This document shows, piece after piece, positions 45,901 through 61,709 of a stretch of DNA of 64,000 nucleotides (its first letter is position 1; each line of letters starts with the position of its first letter). The notes under the pieces are model-generated. The model made no database searches, was not told the DNA's origin, and worked only from the letters and a program-made list of their open reading frames with translations. Source of the stretch: Magallana gigas (lineage: Eukaryota); assembly GCF_963853765.1 (NCBI RefSeq), contig NC_088854.1, forward strand, positions 186,001 through 250,000, written 5' to 3'. The translations under genes were made by a program, and so were the position numbers.

Positions 45901-48900
45901 ACCGTGACTCGGTCCATGTTCATCCGACTGATGACCTGCTTCAGTGTTTCGATGGGACAAGGTGACCCGGCCATGACCCCAGTGTACAGAGAGGAAAGGT
46001 CAAAGGAGTCAAAATCATGGTGATTGAGCATGTCAATAAACATCGTGGGAACTCCATACATTGAGGTACATCTGTGTGTCAAAACCAACTTTAAAATTCA
46101 GTCTTAACTTCAGCTATCAACTCAATTATCAATTCTGTATAATATCAATTGTACAATGTATCGTTGTGTACCATTGAGGTGGTATGGGAGACCTCCATGT
46201 TGTGACATACTTCCTATCAAAATAAACAGTAAAATCAAGTAAAATTTTATCTTTCCCAAAATTGTTACTCTACAGCGGTGTAATAGGTTAAAGAGTGATA
46301 ACTACAAATCTGTAAGTCATGGAGTTCAAATCTCGCTGGGCCTTTTTTTAATTTTTTCTTTTCAAAATCTTTAAGTCTCATTTTTGGAGGTCTAATATTG
46401 TAAAATTCAAAACTCTTAACAAATGAAATTATTTTGATAATTATTATAATGTACTTTCATCCACATTAATATTGACAAGTGTCCCATACCACCTTAATGT
46501 TTGTCTTTAATTAAGCAATGGTTTCTGAAAAAAATGAAAAACAATGTCATCCAAAAAGAAAAGAAACCATGCAAAACTGACCTTTCTTGTGCTGCAGCTT
46601 TTAGGGTTTTTCCGGCATCAAAGGTAGAAGATGGATACACACAGGTTGCGCCAGCTGTCACAGTACAAAGACTGCCTAATACCATCCCAAAACAGTGGTA
46701 CAGGGGAACAGGGATACAGATAGTGGTCTCCTGAAACACAACACCAAACAACAAATATATCAGACAAGGGTACAGACACTGGTCTTCTGAAACACAGCAT
46801 CAACAAACAAATACATCAGACAGGGTAACCAATACTGGTCTCCAGAAACACAGCACCAATCAACAAATATATCAGACAGGGTTACCAATACTGGTCTCCA
46901 GAAACACAGCACCAATCAACAAATATATCAGACAGGGTTACCAATACTGGTCTCCAGAAACACAGCACCAATCAACAAATATATCAGACAGGGATACCAA
47001 TACTGGTCTTCAGAAACACAGCATCAACAAACAAATACATCAGACATGGATACCAATACTGGTTTCAAGAGAAACAGCACCAATCAACAAATATATCAGA
47101 CAAGGATACAAATAGTGGTCTCCAGAAACACAACACCAACCAACAAATATATCAGACAGGGATACAAATAGTAGTCTTCTGAAACACAGCATCAAACAAC
47201 AAATACATCAGACAGGGATACAGAAAAACACAGCACCAACCAACAAATACATCAGAAAGGGATACCAATACTGGTCTACAGAAACACAGCACCAACTAAC
47301 AAATATATAAGACAGGGATACAGACAGTCTTCTGAAACACAGCACCAACCAACAAATACATCAGACAGGGGTACAGAAAAACACAGCACCAATCAACAAA
47401 TACATCAGACAGGGATACCAATACTGGTCTCCAGAAACACAGCACCAACCAACAAATACATCAGACAGGGTTACCAATACTGGTTTCCAGAAACACAGCA
47501 CCAATCAACAAATATATCAGACAGGGATACCAATACTGGTCTTCAGAAACACAGCACCACACAACAAATACATCAGACAGGGGTACAGAAAAACACAGCA
47601 CCAACCAACAAATACATCAGACAGGGATACCAATACTGGTCTCCAGAAACACAGCAACAATCAACAAATACATCAGACAGGGATACCAATACTGGTCTCC
47701 AGAAACACAGCACCAACCAACAAATACATCAGACAGGGATACCAATACTGGTCTCCAGAAACACAGCACCAACCAACAAATACATCAGACAGGAATACCA
47801 ATACTGGTCTCCAGAAACACAGCACCAACCAACAAATATATCAGACAGGGATACCAATTCTGGTCTCCAGAAACACAGCACCAATCAACAAATATATCAG
47901 ACAGGGATACAGAAAAACACAGCACCAATCAACAAATATATCAGACAGGGATACAGACACTGGTCCTGGTCTTTTGAAACTGTTACAATTTTAAAACACA
48001 CTATCATTTTACAAATATTCAATACAGGGACATAGACACTGGGGTAAAACAGAACACTTATCGATAAATATCTTTCAAATACTGAGGTCAAACATGGCAG
48101 CTATCACCAAATATCTATCAATTACTGGGGTAAAATAGATTTTTTATCAATAAATATATCAATTACTGACTCAGGGGTTTAATATAGATCATATCAAGAA
48201 ATATCTATCAGATACGAAGGTAAAAATAGCACCTATCAAAAAATATAACAAATACTTAGGTAAAAATAAATAACACTGCAGCATGTATATGTAGATGTGT
48301 ATGTAGATACATACGTTGGTATGGTAATTCAGACGCTGTGCTACAAAATAACTGTTGTTGACAATGTTGTGATGAGAGAGAGTGACTCCTTTAGGGTTTC
48401 CTGTTGTTCCCTGTCAATAAAAATAAATTAAAGTCTTCATGCATTACCTTTATTTGAATGTACTGTATATATATATATAATATCAATGATATAAGTGGAA
48501 TGTGTACATGTACCAATATATTCAGTCTCTTGATATTGTTGTAAATAACTTTTAATAAGTGACATTATCAACGACGAATGTGCCCAATTGTTTGGTATCG
48601 ATATGTGGTTACTTAAGGTGCCTGGGTAGCCAACAAATAATCATCATATCTGCCTTAAATTTTCAAAAATGATTTTAAAACTATAAACGTTTTATTTTGT
48701 AAGAAAAATATTTCCATATATAATACCTTTTAAATTTTAGTACTTTCCTATATTTTTATATAGAGCTCTTCACCTATAGGAGATCAATATAAAAGTCTAA
48801 AAATGGCCATGACTATTGAGTCCTCCTAATCATGTAAAATGGATATTGATTGGTTATTTGAGATACAGGCAAACTTACTGATGTGAACTGGATGTTAATT

Positions 48901-51900
48901 GGTTCATCAAACTGAAGCCTATTCTGAAGATTTTGAATTTCTGTTCGATCTTTTGTAGTTCCTGCCTTCATGATGTCATTAAAATTTATTGTTCCCCTGT
49001 AAGTTTTACAAGTAATATTTATCATTTTTTATATTTAAGAACAAATAGCACAACGTATGAAAAGAATCCAGAAGTTAATTTTACCACAAATTGTACTGTA
49101 AGTATTTATTATATGGAGAAGGCTTATATACTATTAAGCAATGCATTCTGTCTAATCCAGCTATGCTTACTGATATACTCAAATCAAATTAAGAACATAA
49201 TTCTGTTTGTGTGGTCTGTAATAACAATGCAAAATGTAATAGACCACCAACATTACATTTATGCTTATTAATCATATCTTGTGTTGGGATCATTGCGAAA
49301 TATATAAATGTGAAATGTACGTAATAAAGATTAATTCCAACTATTAAACTTTGCAATATTTGAACACACATTGAAATCACTGTTGAATGTTACAATGCCA
49401 AATGTAATAAAGTCAAATGCAAACATGAAACTTTCATAACTTCAATGTTAAAAAGAATGCAAAATGTAGTTAACCTAATTGTAACTAGACAACATTGAGA
49501 TGGTTGGCATCTCAAAGAGACCTGCTTAAATAATGGACAATAGGATGAAAAGAATTTTGCTTTGACCTTGAACTATAACTTAGAAATTTTCCACCTTGCA
49601 TAAAACTTTTAATTCAATTTCAATTATCCCATACAGGCATTTCTGTTCAACCTGAGCAAGATAAAGCAAATGGGAAATAATCTATGGTCTTAAACAGATT
49701 ATAAAGAGATCTTGGTTCAAATTATAGTCACTGCACACCATTAACCCAAAAGCTCTATTAATGTGAAGTAGGAGCAAAATAGGGCCAAGTGGAGACTAAT
49801 TTATTTACTGTGGAATCATTAGAACATGTGGTGGCTAAGTTTTCGTGGTATTTGTGGGTAGCTCTCAATCTAATTAAAATTAGACTTGTAATTCTGCTCC
49901 GTATAGAGGGAGCGGAATTACAACTCTAATTTTAATTAGATTGGGGTAGCTCTCCCCCACAAATTGACATCCTCGACGAAAACAATTTTTAAAAGGTTAG
50001 TTTTCTTATTGAAACTGAAAACCAACGCATTCATGAATTAACATCCCCACGAATAGGTGAAAATTGGTCCCCACAAATTTAAATGATTCCACAGTATATG
50101 CTCTGTAAAAAAGAATTTAGTGTGATCCAATATGACCTTAACACTTGACCTTCAAACATCATTCAAGGTCACCCTTTGATTATAGGCACTCTGTGAGTGA
50201 AGTTTTAGCCAGACTGGATCAAGGGGAGAGAAGAAATGCTCCGGACATGGATTTTTCATATAATTCTGCTTTGACCCTCAGCTTTCACCTAGAAACATGG
50301 TTCAATGACAATGCACACCCTTTAACCAAGGCACTCTGGGGGTGAAATATGAGCCAGATTGGGCCAAGGGGAGAGAAGATGCTCCGGACATGAGACAGAC
50401 AGATGGTAGGATGGATTGATGAAAGGATAGATGGAAGGATGTCAGATGGATGGACAGACAGACTAACCACTATAGGGTGCTCAAAATAAACATTTGAAGT
50501 AGTATTCCTTGTCTTATGCTAGGAATGAATTTTTGATAAATTGGTGTCTGGTTGAGGGGAAATCAATTAATATCATCTTCTTAGCATTACATTTACTAGA
50601 TATAACAGACCTCAAGTATTATGTCTAATTAATGATTTCACTATTTTAACTCCCAGTGTAACAACTATTGCCCAAAAGTGAATACTGAATAATTTTGACT
50701 GTTTATTGGAAGATTTTAATAAGGTGTTCTAATAACTTTACTATAAGACAATTTTGCATTACCTAATTATCATCCAATAAATGTAAAGTTTGATTGATTT
50801 ATCAATGTTTTAAAGATGTATGAGATGTAATGTTTTTATCTTGAGATTAATAAGGATTATTTAATACACTTGATTGGTTATCTGGATTTTCTTCAGGTTC
50901 TTTAGTTCACAGTCTCGATATGATTTATTTCACATCAAGGAGACTATAACTTACATATGTGATTTATTTCCCATCATGATTATGTGTTTCAGTTCAGGAA
51001 GGCTGAAATAGAAAAAAAGAATGACATCAATTAATTGATAAGAAACAATCTTGAGATGTTTAATTCACTCCTGTTTTGAAGAATTGTATGAAATCCACTC
51101 TACTTTTCAACAAATAAACGCACAAATAAAAAATAAACATTTGAAAAAAAAAATTAATAATAACACATTAAATAACTCATGAAACAAATAGAATTGATAT
51201 ATAACAATAGAAGAAAAACCTTATAAAATAAATAGATACATGTGATTGTACTGATATGCAGAAGAAAAAGACTTCACATGTTTGACAGAGCAATAAAACA
51301 TTCATTCCTAAAGTAACTAGCATCACAAAATTATTTTGATTTTTCAACAACAACAAATTTAATCCTTAAATAAAGCAAAGCTAGAATTTAGACAACTTCA
51401 ATAAAGCCTCACAAATCAGACACAGGCAGAATGCATTAAGACCTCTTCACATATTTTAACAGTTTTTAATTTATATCTTAACTGGAAGTTATTTTAATCA
51501 CACATCACATACCATACTAGCATACCTGCCCCTGTGGGGAAGAGCTTTCAAGTTTGTTCAAATAAAGGGTTTGGTCCTCTTCAAAGGGGAGATAATCAAG
51601 AAAATTAATAGTGAATTTATGGTTGAATGTTTTAAAAGACGTCTTCTCCAGAAGACTTGGCCAATTTCAACCAATTAAGTACCTAATACCATAGTTGTTT
51701 AGACCCCTTTACATAACCTTATCTTAACAAAGTTGTTTAGACCCTTTTATATCACTCTTTACATGTATAATAATTATGATTTATTTTTATGGCTGCATAT
51801 TTAGACAGTGTTGCTTGGCTAGCTGATTACTGATCCACTGGAATTATAATCCACAAATCCACGAATCAAGATCCTTTACATTCGCGTACTGACGCGTAGT

Positions 51901-54900
51901 AAGTGTTTAGAAGTAGTGAAACATATGAAAGCAAATAGAATGACATTATCTGATAAAAAAGAAGAACAGAATTTTTAGTATTTAGCAACAACTAAGTATT
52001 GAGCAGGATCTTATGGTTTCAGCAGCTCAGCTTATATGCAGTATATTTTATACATTTTAATTCACACCAAATGGCAATGGTTTATTAAATATTTACATCT
52101 ACCAAGTATTATTCCCTCTATTTCTTACAGAAACTTACAGTTAATTCATAGTTCTATAGAAACAGTCAGACTGAAATCTACACGCCCGGTTTATCGATTG
52201 GTCCAAATTTACAGTGGCTAAAGCTGACAAGAAACTGACAGGACTGAATTCGAAATTGACATGCCCTGTTTATCAATTGGTTGAAACCTACTGTGACCTC
52301 AGGAAAATCACAAACTGCACGAAAAAATCATGATGATGTCTGACTCAAAGTCTTACTGGAATTTGGCTGTTTCTTTTAGCTAACCTTCTTACGTACATTA
52401 ACAGTAATTTAGTGAATTTTACTTTCATAATCAAATTATCAATTAGCTAAATGAAAGACATTAGTATAAACAATAAAATCATTTCTTTGATGATTCATGC
52501 GAGTTATGAACGTAGCGATCATTGCAGAAAAAATTTACATAACCCGATATATGTAACACAACCTTGCTGTGTTCTGAACAGTAGCTCTTAGTTTGTATAA
52601 AGGAAGATAATTCACATGATATAAGAAAAAAATCTAGTCTTGCTTGTTAAATTGGATTTTATTTTCCTCTAAGTAAATCGTTTTTATTGTGGATTTGTAC
52701 ATCTAAATATATCACTCAAATTTAGGGATTCTATTTGATTAATTAATTCAGACCGGGCTTTGGGATTATTCAAGTTTTTATAAATGATCATAGTATCTAA
52801 GTTTTTATCCATAACTATATTGAAGTCACCACCCATAATAATGAAGTGGTTATTTGATACTGTTTCAATTTTTTTTAAATTATGCAACATGTGTAATTTC
52901 TGCTGTGCTTGCCCCAATGGTCACAAGGAAAAAATATTACTCAGGGTCTAAAGCATGCTAAATTATGAAAAAAAATTACAATGATAAGAAAATGTCATTA
53001 AAATACAAACATTGTCATGCACATTGATAATGGAATCCAGAATGAATACTTATAATAGAGTAAAATGCAAACTTTAATGCAGATTTAGAAAATATATAAA
53101 TCTATCATAAAAGTTAAAGTTGTGTAGTTTTGACATTATTACCATGGAATTCCTTTCAGGTCTGTACAGCATGAAAAATTTAACATCAATATAAAATGGA
53201 TAGAATAACAAGAAGGAATAAACATTTTTATTGCTTACAAATGGTCAACTTCCTGTTTGTGCCAAATTGTAGTAATAATCAATGAATCATTAAACATTTG
53301 TAAGTTGTATTAGAACAAGAGGCCAATTGGCCTTAACAGTCACCTGAGTAGCATATATTAACCTATACACAAACTTGTCGAGGAGTCTCATATGTGCATT
53401 TAATTAATTAGGTTTCATTCTGGAGTAGAAAAATTATAAATTTGTAATGACGACCACCTCCCTGCCTGGAATCTTTCAAAAAGAACTTTGAAACCTATAA
53501 TTTTGGCGAAACACTTAAAGATCTGGTCTATAAAATCATGAATTCAGTTTTCCTTTCAGGTGTGTGGGAGTAAAGAAGATAATTTTTTTAACATTATATG
53601 CAGTAACACCTATATATCCATTTTGGCCCTGCCCTAGAGTCAAAACCCATACTCCAGAGGACAGGAAATTAAAATTTCAGTAGAGGACTTCCTGGTAAAC
53701 ATAATTATAAGTCAGTTTTTAATACAGATGTGTGAGAATAGAGAATAAAATTTTTAAACATTATATGCATTAACACTATATTGCCATATTGCCCCCTCCC
53801 CCCCCCCCCCATGTCATGAACCCCTGACCCAGGGGCCATGAATTTCACAATTTAGGTAGACGAGTTAGTGGACATAATAACCATGTTTTCAGTTTTTTGC
53901 CAACATGTGTGGGAGTAGAGAAGAAGATTTTTTAAAATTTAAAACATTTTTACGATACGGCCATATTGGCCCCACCCTAGAGCCTGAACCCTTAACAAAT
54001 GGGTCATGAATTTCACAATTTTGGTAGAGTGCTTCATGGACATTATATTAATCAGGCATTTAGTTTTTAACAAATATATATGGGAGAAGAGAAGAAGATT
54101 TTCTAAGATTTAATACATTTTAACTATATGGCTATATTGGCCCCGCCCTAGAGCCTGAACCCCTGACCCAGGGGTCATGAATTTCACAATTTTGGTAGAG
54201 GGCCTCATGGACATCATAACCAGGCATTTAGTTTTTAACAAATATATCTGGGAGTAGAGAAGATCTTCTAAGATTTAATACATTTTTATTATATGGCCAT
54301 ATTGGCCCCACCCTAGAGCCTGAACCCCTGACCCAGGGGTCATGAATTTCACAATTTTGGTAGAGGGCCGCATGGACATTATAATCATGCATTTAGTTTT
54401 TAACAAATATATCTGGGAGAAGAGAAGATTATCTAAGATTTAATACATTTTTATTATATTGTCATATTGGCCCCAACCTAGAGCCTGATCCCCTGACCCA
54501 GGGGTCATGAATTTCACAATTTTGGTAGAGTGCTTCATGGTCATCATAATCATGCATTTAGTTTTTAACAAATAAATATTGTAGTAGAAAAGAAGATTTT
54601 CTAAGATTTAATACATTTTTACTATATGGCCTTTTGGCCCCACCCTAGAGCCTGAACCCCTGACCCAGGGGTCATGAATTTCACAATTTTGGTAGAGGGC
54701 CTCATGGACATCATAACCAGGCATTTAGTTTTTAACAAATATATCTGGGAGAAGAGAAGATCTTCTAAGATTTAATAAATTTTTATTATATGGCCAAATT
54801 GGCCCCACCCTAGAGCCTGAACCCCTGACCCAGGGGTCATGAATTTCACAATTTTGGTAGAGGGCCTCATGGACATCATAATCATGCATTTAGTTTTTAA

Positions 54901-56394
54901 CAAATATATCTGGGAGTAGAGAAGATTTTCTAAGATTAAATACATTTTTATCATATTGTCATATTGGCCCCAACCTAGAGCCTGATCCCCTGACCCAGGG
55001 GTCATGAATTTCACAATTTGCTTCATGGTCATCATAATCATGCATTTAGTTTTTAACAAATATATATGGTAGTAGAAAAGAAGATTTTCTAAGATTTAAT
55101 ACATTTTTACTATATGGCCTATTGGCCCCACCCTAGAGCCAGAACCCCTGACCCAGGGGCCATGAATTTCATAATTTTGGTAGAGGGTGTCATGGACATC
55201 ATAACTATGCAACCAGTTTTTTCCTCACATGTGTGGGAGTAGCAAAGAAGATTTTTGAAAATTTGGCTTTTTTTTTTGCATATTTGGCCCCACATGTGGC
55301 GCCCTGGGGGTGAATTTTATAATTTAGATTCCTCTTACCATAGAGATGCCTCACACCAAAATGGTAACAATCAGCCTTGTAGTTTTTAAGAAGAAGTTAA
55401 AAATGTAAATTGTTAACGCACGACGCACGATGCACCACGACGAACAAAAACGGATAGCAATAGGTCACCTGAGTTTACCGTATTTGCTGACTTAATTTTA
55501 CAAGGTTGTTAACTTGCAGGTGACTTTAGATGTGTGCTGAATTAATTTTACAAGGTTGTTAACTTTTATGTGATTTTGATTTGTGCTGACTTAATTTGAC
55601 GAGGTTGTTAACTTACAGGTGACTTTGGATGTGTGCTGATTTGGTGTTAGCTAATTCTGGCACTAAGTGGAACAGCATTTCATAGTAGTTTTGACCTTTG
55701 AACTCTTCAGCTGCTATTAAGACCTTACAGCCTACCTATATACAAACAAAAAATTTATTCAATTTAGTAAAAATCCATGCATATTAAAAATAAAAAAGAA
55801 ATGAATCACAGGGATATGAACTTGGTTGGTCATGAGATCAAATCCTGTTAAGCCTGAAGGGCTTTTCAAAGAAATCAATTGCAGGCCATTCTCTTGGTGA
55901 GCTTTTACCATTGTAAATCAATATATCACCATATCCCTTTTTAGCTTCTATCATTATGGCTATGGGATGAATAAACAATGATTTCTCGTTAAGGTAGAAT
56001 AACCCACCTGGAAAAAGTCAATCAAATTAACATTAAATTATTTGATTATGAAAGATTTAATCATAAATAAACTGTACATACGTCAAATAAGCAAAAATTT
56101 CCAGTTTGGGGATAAAAAAATGAATATCTAAAAAAATCAATTCAGTAAGTAACAACAAAATCCCCTTCGGAATTCAAACTCGGGATGTACCAATCACAAG
56201 TCCGACAGTTTATCCACTCAGCTATGGAGTGAGTGACATGTTATTGTCGATAAAATCGTTTTTCTAAAACAAAATGTCGTTTCGATCAGAGGTCAGCCAT
56301 TTTGTGATGATGCATTATTGTTATTCCACCTTAATAGCTGATTTGAGACTCCTTGATTTATAAAATAATGCAAAAGAAAATAATTCATACATAA

Positions 56395-56471
<77 letters not shown>

Positions 56472-56820
56472 TTCTGTCTAATTTTGAACCCACATTTCAT
56501 AGTTTAAACAACATCAAGTAACATGTTATCTTACCATAACTTTGTCTCACTTTATTCAGTGTTAAGTTCAGAGCTTCTAATAAAATCCTAACTTTTTTTT
56601 ACTTTATTCAGTGTAATGCCTTGAATGTATAATCCCAAAACTGTCTTACTTTTTCCAGTGTCTATGTATACTGCTAACAATGTCTTACTTTATTCAGTGT
56701 GAACTCCACTTCTTCTGGTCTGTACTGTGGATTAATGTTAACCTGTGTTGGAAAAAAGATCAAATATGTAGCGCATATATGACAAGATAGTAGCAGTTTA
56801 AGGCATCAAAGTCAGAGTGC

Positions 56821-56857
<37 letters not shown>

Positions 56858-59800
56858 TTAAATTTGTGGGGGCAAATTTTCATAGAATGTGGTTTCTTTT
56901 TTTTTGCTTCTTCATGGGAATGTAATTTCTTGTTGTCAGTTTCAGGAAGAAAATTAACTCTTTCTCTGTTTTTGATGAGGTGTTAATTAGTGGGGGGGTT
57001 ACCCAAGAATACCACTATAATTGAGCCACAACGAATTCTGATGACTCATCAGTATTGCAATTACCACTTACAAGGCTTACATTCAGACTAAATATACAAG
57101 CTAAATACATATTAATCACCAGCTATGAGGGTAAGAACTAAATAGAATGGGTCCTATCCTGGCTGTAGTATACTGTCTGATGACCACTCTCTGTTGTGTT
57201 TGTCTAAGCCTATGCACGTTTATCTAGACCTACCTGGTGTTTATCTAAGCCTAGCTATGGTATACATCTAGACTTACATGTGGTGTTTATCTAGGCCTGC
57301 CCATGGTGTTTATCTAGACCTAGCTATGGTATAAATTGAGACCCACCTGTGGTGTTTATCTAGGCCTGCCCATGGTATCAAAACCTACATTATGGTGTTC
57401 AGAAAGGTCTACCTTTCTACCTTATCTATGCCTACCTACAGTGTTTACCTAGACATATCTATGGTGTTTGTCTAGGTCTAAGCCTACATATTGTGTTTGT
57501 CTAGTACTATATATTGTGTTAGTCTATTCCTACATATTGAGTTTGTCTAGTCTTACATATTGTGTTTGTCTAGTCCTACATATTGTGTTTGTCTAGTCCT
57601 ACATATTGTGTTTGTCTAGTCCTACATATTGGTTTGTCTAGTCCCATATATTGCATTTGTCTAGTCCTACATATTGCATTTGTCTAGTCCTACATATTGC
57701 ATTTGTCTAGTCCTACATATTGTGTTTGTCTAGTCCTACATATTGTGTTTGTCTAGTCCTACATATTGTGTTTGTCTAGTCCTACATATTGGTTTGTCTA
57801 GTCCCATATATTGCATTTGTCTAGTCCTACATATTGCATTTGTCTAGTCCTACATATTGCATTTGTCTAGTCCTACATATTGTGTTTGTCTAGTCCTACA
57901 TATTATGTTTGTCTAGTCCTACATATTGTGGTTGTCTAGTCTTATATAATGTATTCGTCTAGTCCTACATACTGTGTTTGTCTATATAATAGTGTTGGGT
58001 CCGTACCTGAATAATTCCAGCCCTGGCAGTAGTTTACTGTGCAATGGCCCACTTTCTAGTGTTGGGTCCCTACCTGAATGATTCCAGCCCTGGCTGTAGC
58101 ATACTGTGCGATGACCCATTCTATAGTGTTGGGTCTCTACCTAATGATTCCAGCCCTGGCTGTAGCATACTGTGCGATGACCCACTCTATAGTGTTGGGT
58201 CTCTACCTAATGATTCCAGCCCTGGCTGTAGCATACTGTGCAATGACCCACTCTATAGTGTTGGGTCTCTACCTAATGATTCCAGCCCTGGCTGTAGCAT
58301 ACTGTGCAATGACCCACTCTATAGTGTTGGGTCCCTACCTGAATGATTCTAGCCCTGGCTGTAGCATACTGTGCGATGACCCACTCTATAGTGTTGGGTC
58401 TCTACCTGAATGATCCCAGCTCTGGCTGTAGCATACTGTGCGATGACCCATTCTATAGTGTTGGGTCCCCAAACTCCCACTCTGTCTCCTTTTTTTACTC
58501 CCAGTGATAATAATCCGGCAGCCAACTGATCAGCCTAAGAATCAATGCAGATCTTACTTGTTTTATGTATATATACATAAATTAGACACAAAGACCTAAT
58601 AAATCATGCATGTTTATGATGCCCATAGAACATGTATGCTATGTTATATAATTTTAAAACCAACATAATAATGAATTATGTAGAACAAAATCATTAAGAT
58701 GATATTCAAGTGCTAATCAACAAGAAATAAAAACTTTTACAAGAATTCCTATTGGTAATTCTACAAAATGTGATTTAAAAAAAAAAGAATAAATCATGAT
58801 CAATTTCATGATAAAGCAATATGAGCTGCAGTTTCATGTTGAATTTTTTGTTTACTAAAATGTTCTTTTCGACTAAAATGATAACAATATCAAGGTTTTA
58901 AAATTTCTGTCAGCCATATTTTTGTGGAAAAGGCCGTTAAGAAGCCTTCTTTGGAGCAATATTAAATTATTGTCGTCCTATACAAAAATTGATTATATAT
59001 TCCTTAGTAGAGAAATATTTCCTTTGACAAAAATTAATGATTTTTTCAAATCTTATTTATCATAAAAGTTTAGGTTATATGCAGACTTATCATACTAGCA
59101 GGTTTTGGCAGCAAAATAAAATTCTAAATCATACTGCTCTAAATTTAATTTTCTAAATATGATACTGATAAAATGTGGATAAAACCACTGCTTATTTAGC
59201 AGGACTGCTATGTATTGATACAGTGGAGAACATAAACTAGACTGACGTCCTCACCTTATCCAGGAGTTCTGAGAAGGACAGGCGGTCCCCTGAGGCTGTG
59301 AACACTACTGCAGTTTTGTCCGGTTGAGTTTCTGCTTGTTGCTGTAGAAGATGACCGATGGTGGTCCCCAGGAGGGGGGTTTCCCCGGGACCCTGTGCAT
59401 AGCTCCATTGTAGCTTACCGGAAAGGGAGGCACTGCTGTATCTAAATCAAAAGATAAGTCAGCCACGCTCTGTATTCAGTTTCATATCGGATATTTTACA
59501 TGTTTTATATTTAATAGTTTGGCAGAGAGAAAACCATATTGAATTAGGTCCAGGGATTATTAAATTGCATGGAGACAGATACTGTATAGAAGTGATAAAC
59601 AGGAAGCAACTGTTTTCCTTGTCTCAGCAACCAAATAATCAAAAGCAAAGGACTATGTGCAGTATTATGCATTTTTAGCCCCCAAAATTTAAGTATTTTA
59701 AAGAGCTTAAAGTGGCAGATACTGTGGTTTCATTAATATTCAAGGGTATCAATTTTCGTGGATAAAGTGAAAATCACAGTTTCAAGGAAACGTAAATTCG

Positions 59801-61637
59801 TGGCCAATGACCCATTCAATACAAAACGTTAATAGAAATTGCATTTCAATGAATATTTAATTTCATGGATCAACTCAACAACGAAATCCACGAAAATTGG
59901 TATTCAACGAATATTGATGATACCACAGTAGTAGAAATCATATTGAAAATAAGTGTGTAAAAGGTTATCACCACAGAGACATCATAATGTAGAAATGACG
60001 TCATGTAATTGTCTAATTTTGATACATTGATGCTTTTTAGCAAAAAATGGGTGTTTTTCGATAGTTTTCTGACTGGGAAACATCGAGCGCAGGCTTGCTC
60101 AAGTACCAATTTTTAGTGTAATGTGTATAATTATAGAAAAAAGCATATGTTAAAAACGTACTTGAGCAGACCTGCGCTCTATACTTTCGAATGCAAAATA
60201 TAAAGAAAAAATGACAATTTTTGCATTTTTTTGCAAAATTTCTAGAACAGATGACGTCATAAATAAACAGTGAATGAGTAAAGATGACTAAAATCAAGAT
60301 TAAAGTGATAGGCATCCTCTGTACAATGATTTATGGAGATTTGATTTTTATATGACACTATTTTAAAAATTGGTTAAAAGTATTCTCATGAACACAATTA
60401 TATGAAATTCAATAACCACTTTTTAAAAATATAAACAGATGTCACAATGGTTATAATAAATATTATTTTTGCAACATAAAGTTTAAATAAAATATTTGTT
60501 TCAAATGCTGATCTATGATTTAACATTAAAACTCTCACATTCCATTCCTTCATTCATTAAATCTAATTTTAATTATGAAGTATTTAAATTGCATAAAATC
60601 AAGATTAGTAAAATAACCAAAATATAGAATAAATAAAATAACAGAGATAACGTTATGCATAGATTTATTAACAAATAATCAGTCAAGCCAGAGACATATT
60701 AGAAAGAACAATTTTACCGTGACCAGGTAAAACCGGGTCCGTAGGACATCTGTCATTTTAACGATAGAATATTCTATCTAGAGACATATATATAACATGT
60801 TATTTATGTCTCTGGTCAAGCTGACATGCTAAGAAGTTCTATATCACAGTTGGCATCATGCAATTAATTAAATCAAATAATGAATTTTATGCTAAAAGTT
60901 ACAGTGTGTAAAAAAACATGTGTACTCAATAACAGAAACCAGAAAAACCAGTCAAGCTTAACCTTTCAGTCGCCACCCCCCCCCCCCTTCCTCTTTTTAT
61001 TGTAACCACGTGACCACTCGTATTAATAAATGAATCAAAGTGTGAATGTTTAAACATATAAATAATGGAAATTGAAAAAGTCGTAATAATTATATGCAAT
61101 TATGTGATAGGTCATGCAACGTTCTGAAATTACAAAATTCAATTTTTTTTTAATCATCATTAAAATTAAAAAGCTTAATAGAAATTCCTTGCAGTCAAAA
61201 TTCAATCAATTATATACCAGAAGGGAAATAATATGAACGCTTTAAATTAGTTTTACGTTGTTGGGCCTCATATATCATATTAAAGAAGTTAATATTGTCG
61301 TTATCTGGTCATTGCGATTTAAAATCACCTGATGTCAAAAACTAGGTTCTCCAGTGTTTTTACCTTCTAAATCCATTGACAATGGCTCTGTCATCTCCTA
61401 TAGCGCTCTTATGTGGTTTACAGCTGGTTATAGATTTGCACTTACGAAGTAAACGAAAGCTTTTCATGATTCAAACTTGTCAATCAGCAAACAGATAAGG
61501 ACTATGGAGTATGGACTCTATTTTTTCTGTCAGGGTAGACCTAGAGTACTCTCCCTTTGTTAGCTCTTCAGTGTAACAAGTGCGCCTGCGTGAAATTCCA
61601 AAGCTTACTTGTTTCCAAGTGTCGATTCTTGCGGCAT
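42964..61637 (-). CDS. ACSF2: Acyl-CoA synthetase family member 2, copy B, complete (15 exons, ~581 aa)
   Basis: Exons: 61609-61637 (candidate exon 1), 59255-59441, 58406-58534, 56689-56742, 55617-55735, 50955-51002, 48879-48996, 48315-48410, 46582-46730, 45903-46071, 45124-45231, 44785-44933, 44077-44218, 43839-43949, 42964-43101 (stop). Total 1746 nt, all GT-AG, no stops. C-terminal motif [11 protein letters not shown] with the catalytic Lys. Confidence 0.95.
46708..47965 (-). repeat. 56-bp exon 9 acceptor minisatellite, copy B (153 bp longer than in A)
   Basis: The offset shifts from 44062 to 44215 across the array. Three extra units (43+56+54 bp) at ~47190-47345. Confidence 0.92.
53314..55475 (+). 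mobile_element. Helentron/HINE with Cg170-like satellite, copy B (~10 monomers)
   Basis: Same ends as 9148-10825. Monomer period 165 (54171 to 54336). Confidence 0.75.
56397..56466. repeat. (AT)n microsatellite
   Basis: Direct observation. Corresponds to the N gap in copy A. Confidence 0.97.
57200..57988. repeat. 23-bp minisatellite, copy B, with 160-bp (7-unit) higher-order repeat
   Basis: GGTTTGTCTAGTCCCATATA at 57631 and 57791. Confidence 0.92.
57989..58405 (-). repeat. 67-bp exon 3 donor minisatellite, copy B (~6 units, contiguous with the exon)
   Basis: The array runs directly into exon 58406-58534, with no transposon at the CTATAG site. Confidence 0.95.
59722..59928. mobile_element. 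Tc1/mariner-type MITE present only in copy B
   Basis: TIRs CTGTGGTTTCATTAATATT / AATATTGATGATACCACAG with TA TSD. Copy A has the empty site GGCAGATAGTAGAAATC at ~20459-20475. Confidence 0.88.
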
Positions 61638-61709
61638 CTTGGTAGAAATGTTGATGTTTATTTAATCTACAGAACACTCCAATCGGGAAAAAACCCAGAC
61701 AGAACCAGG

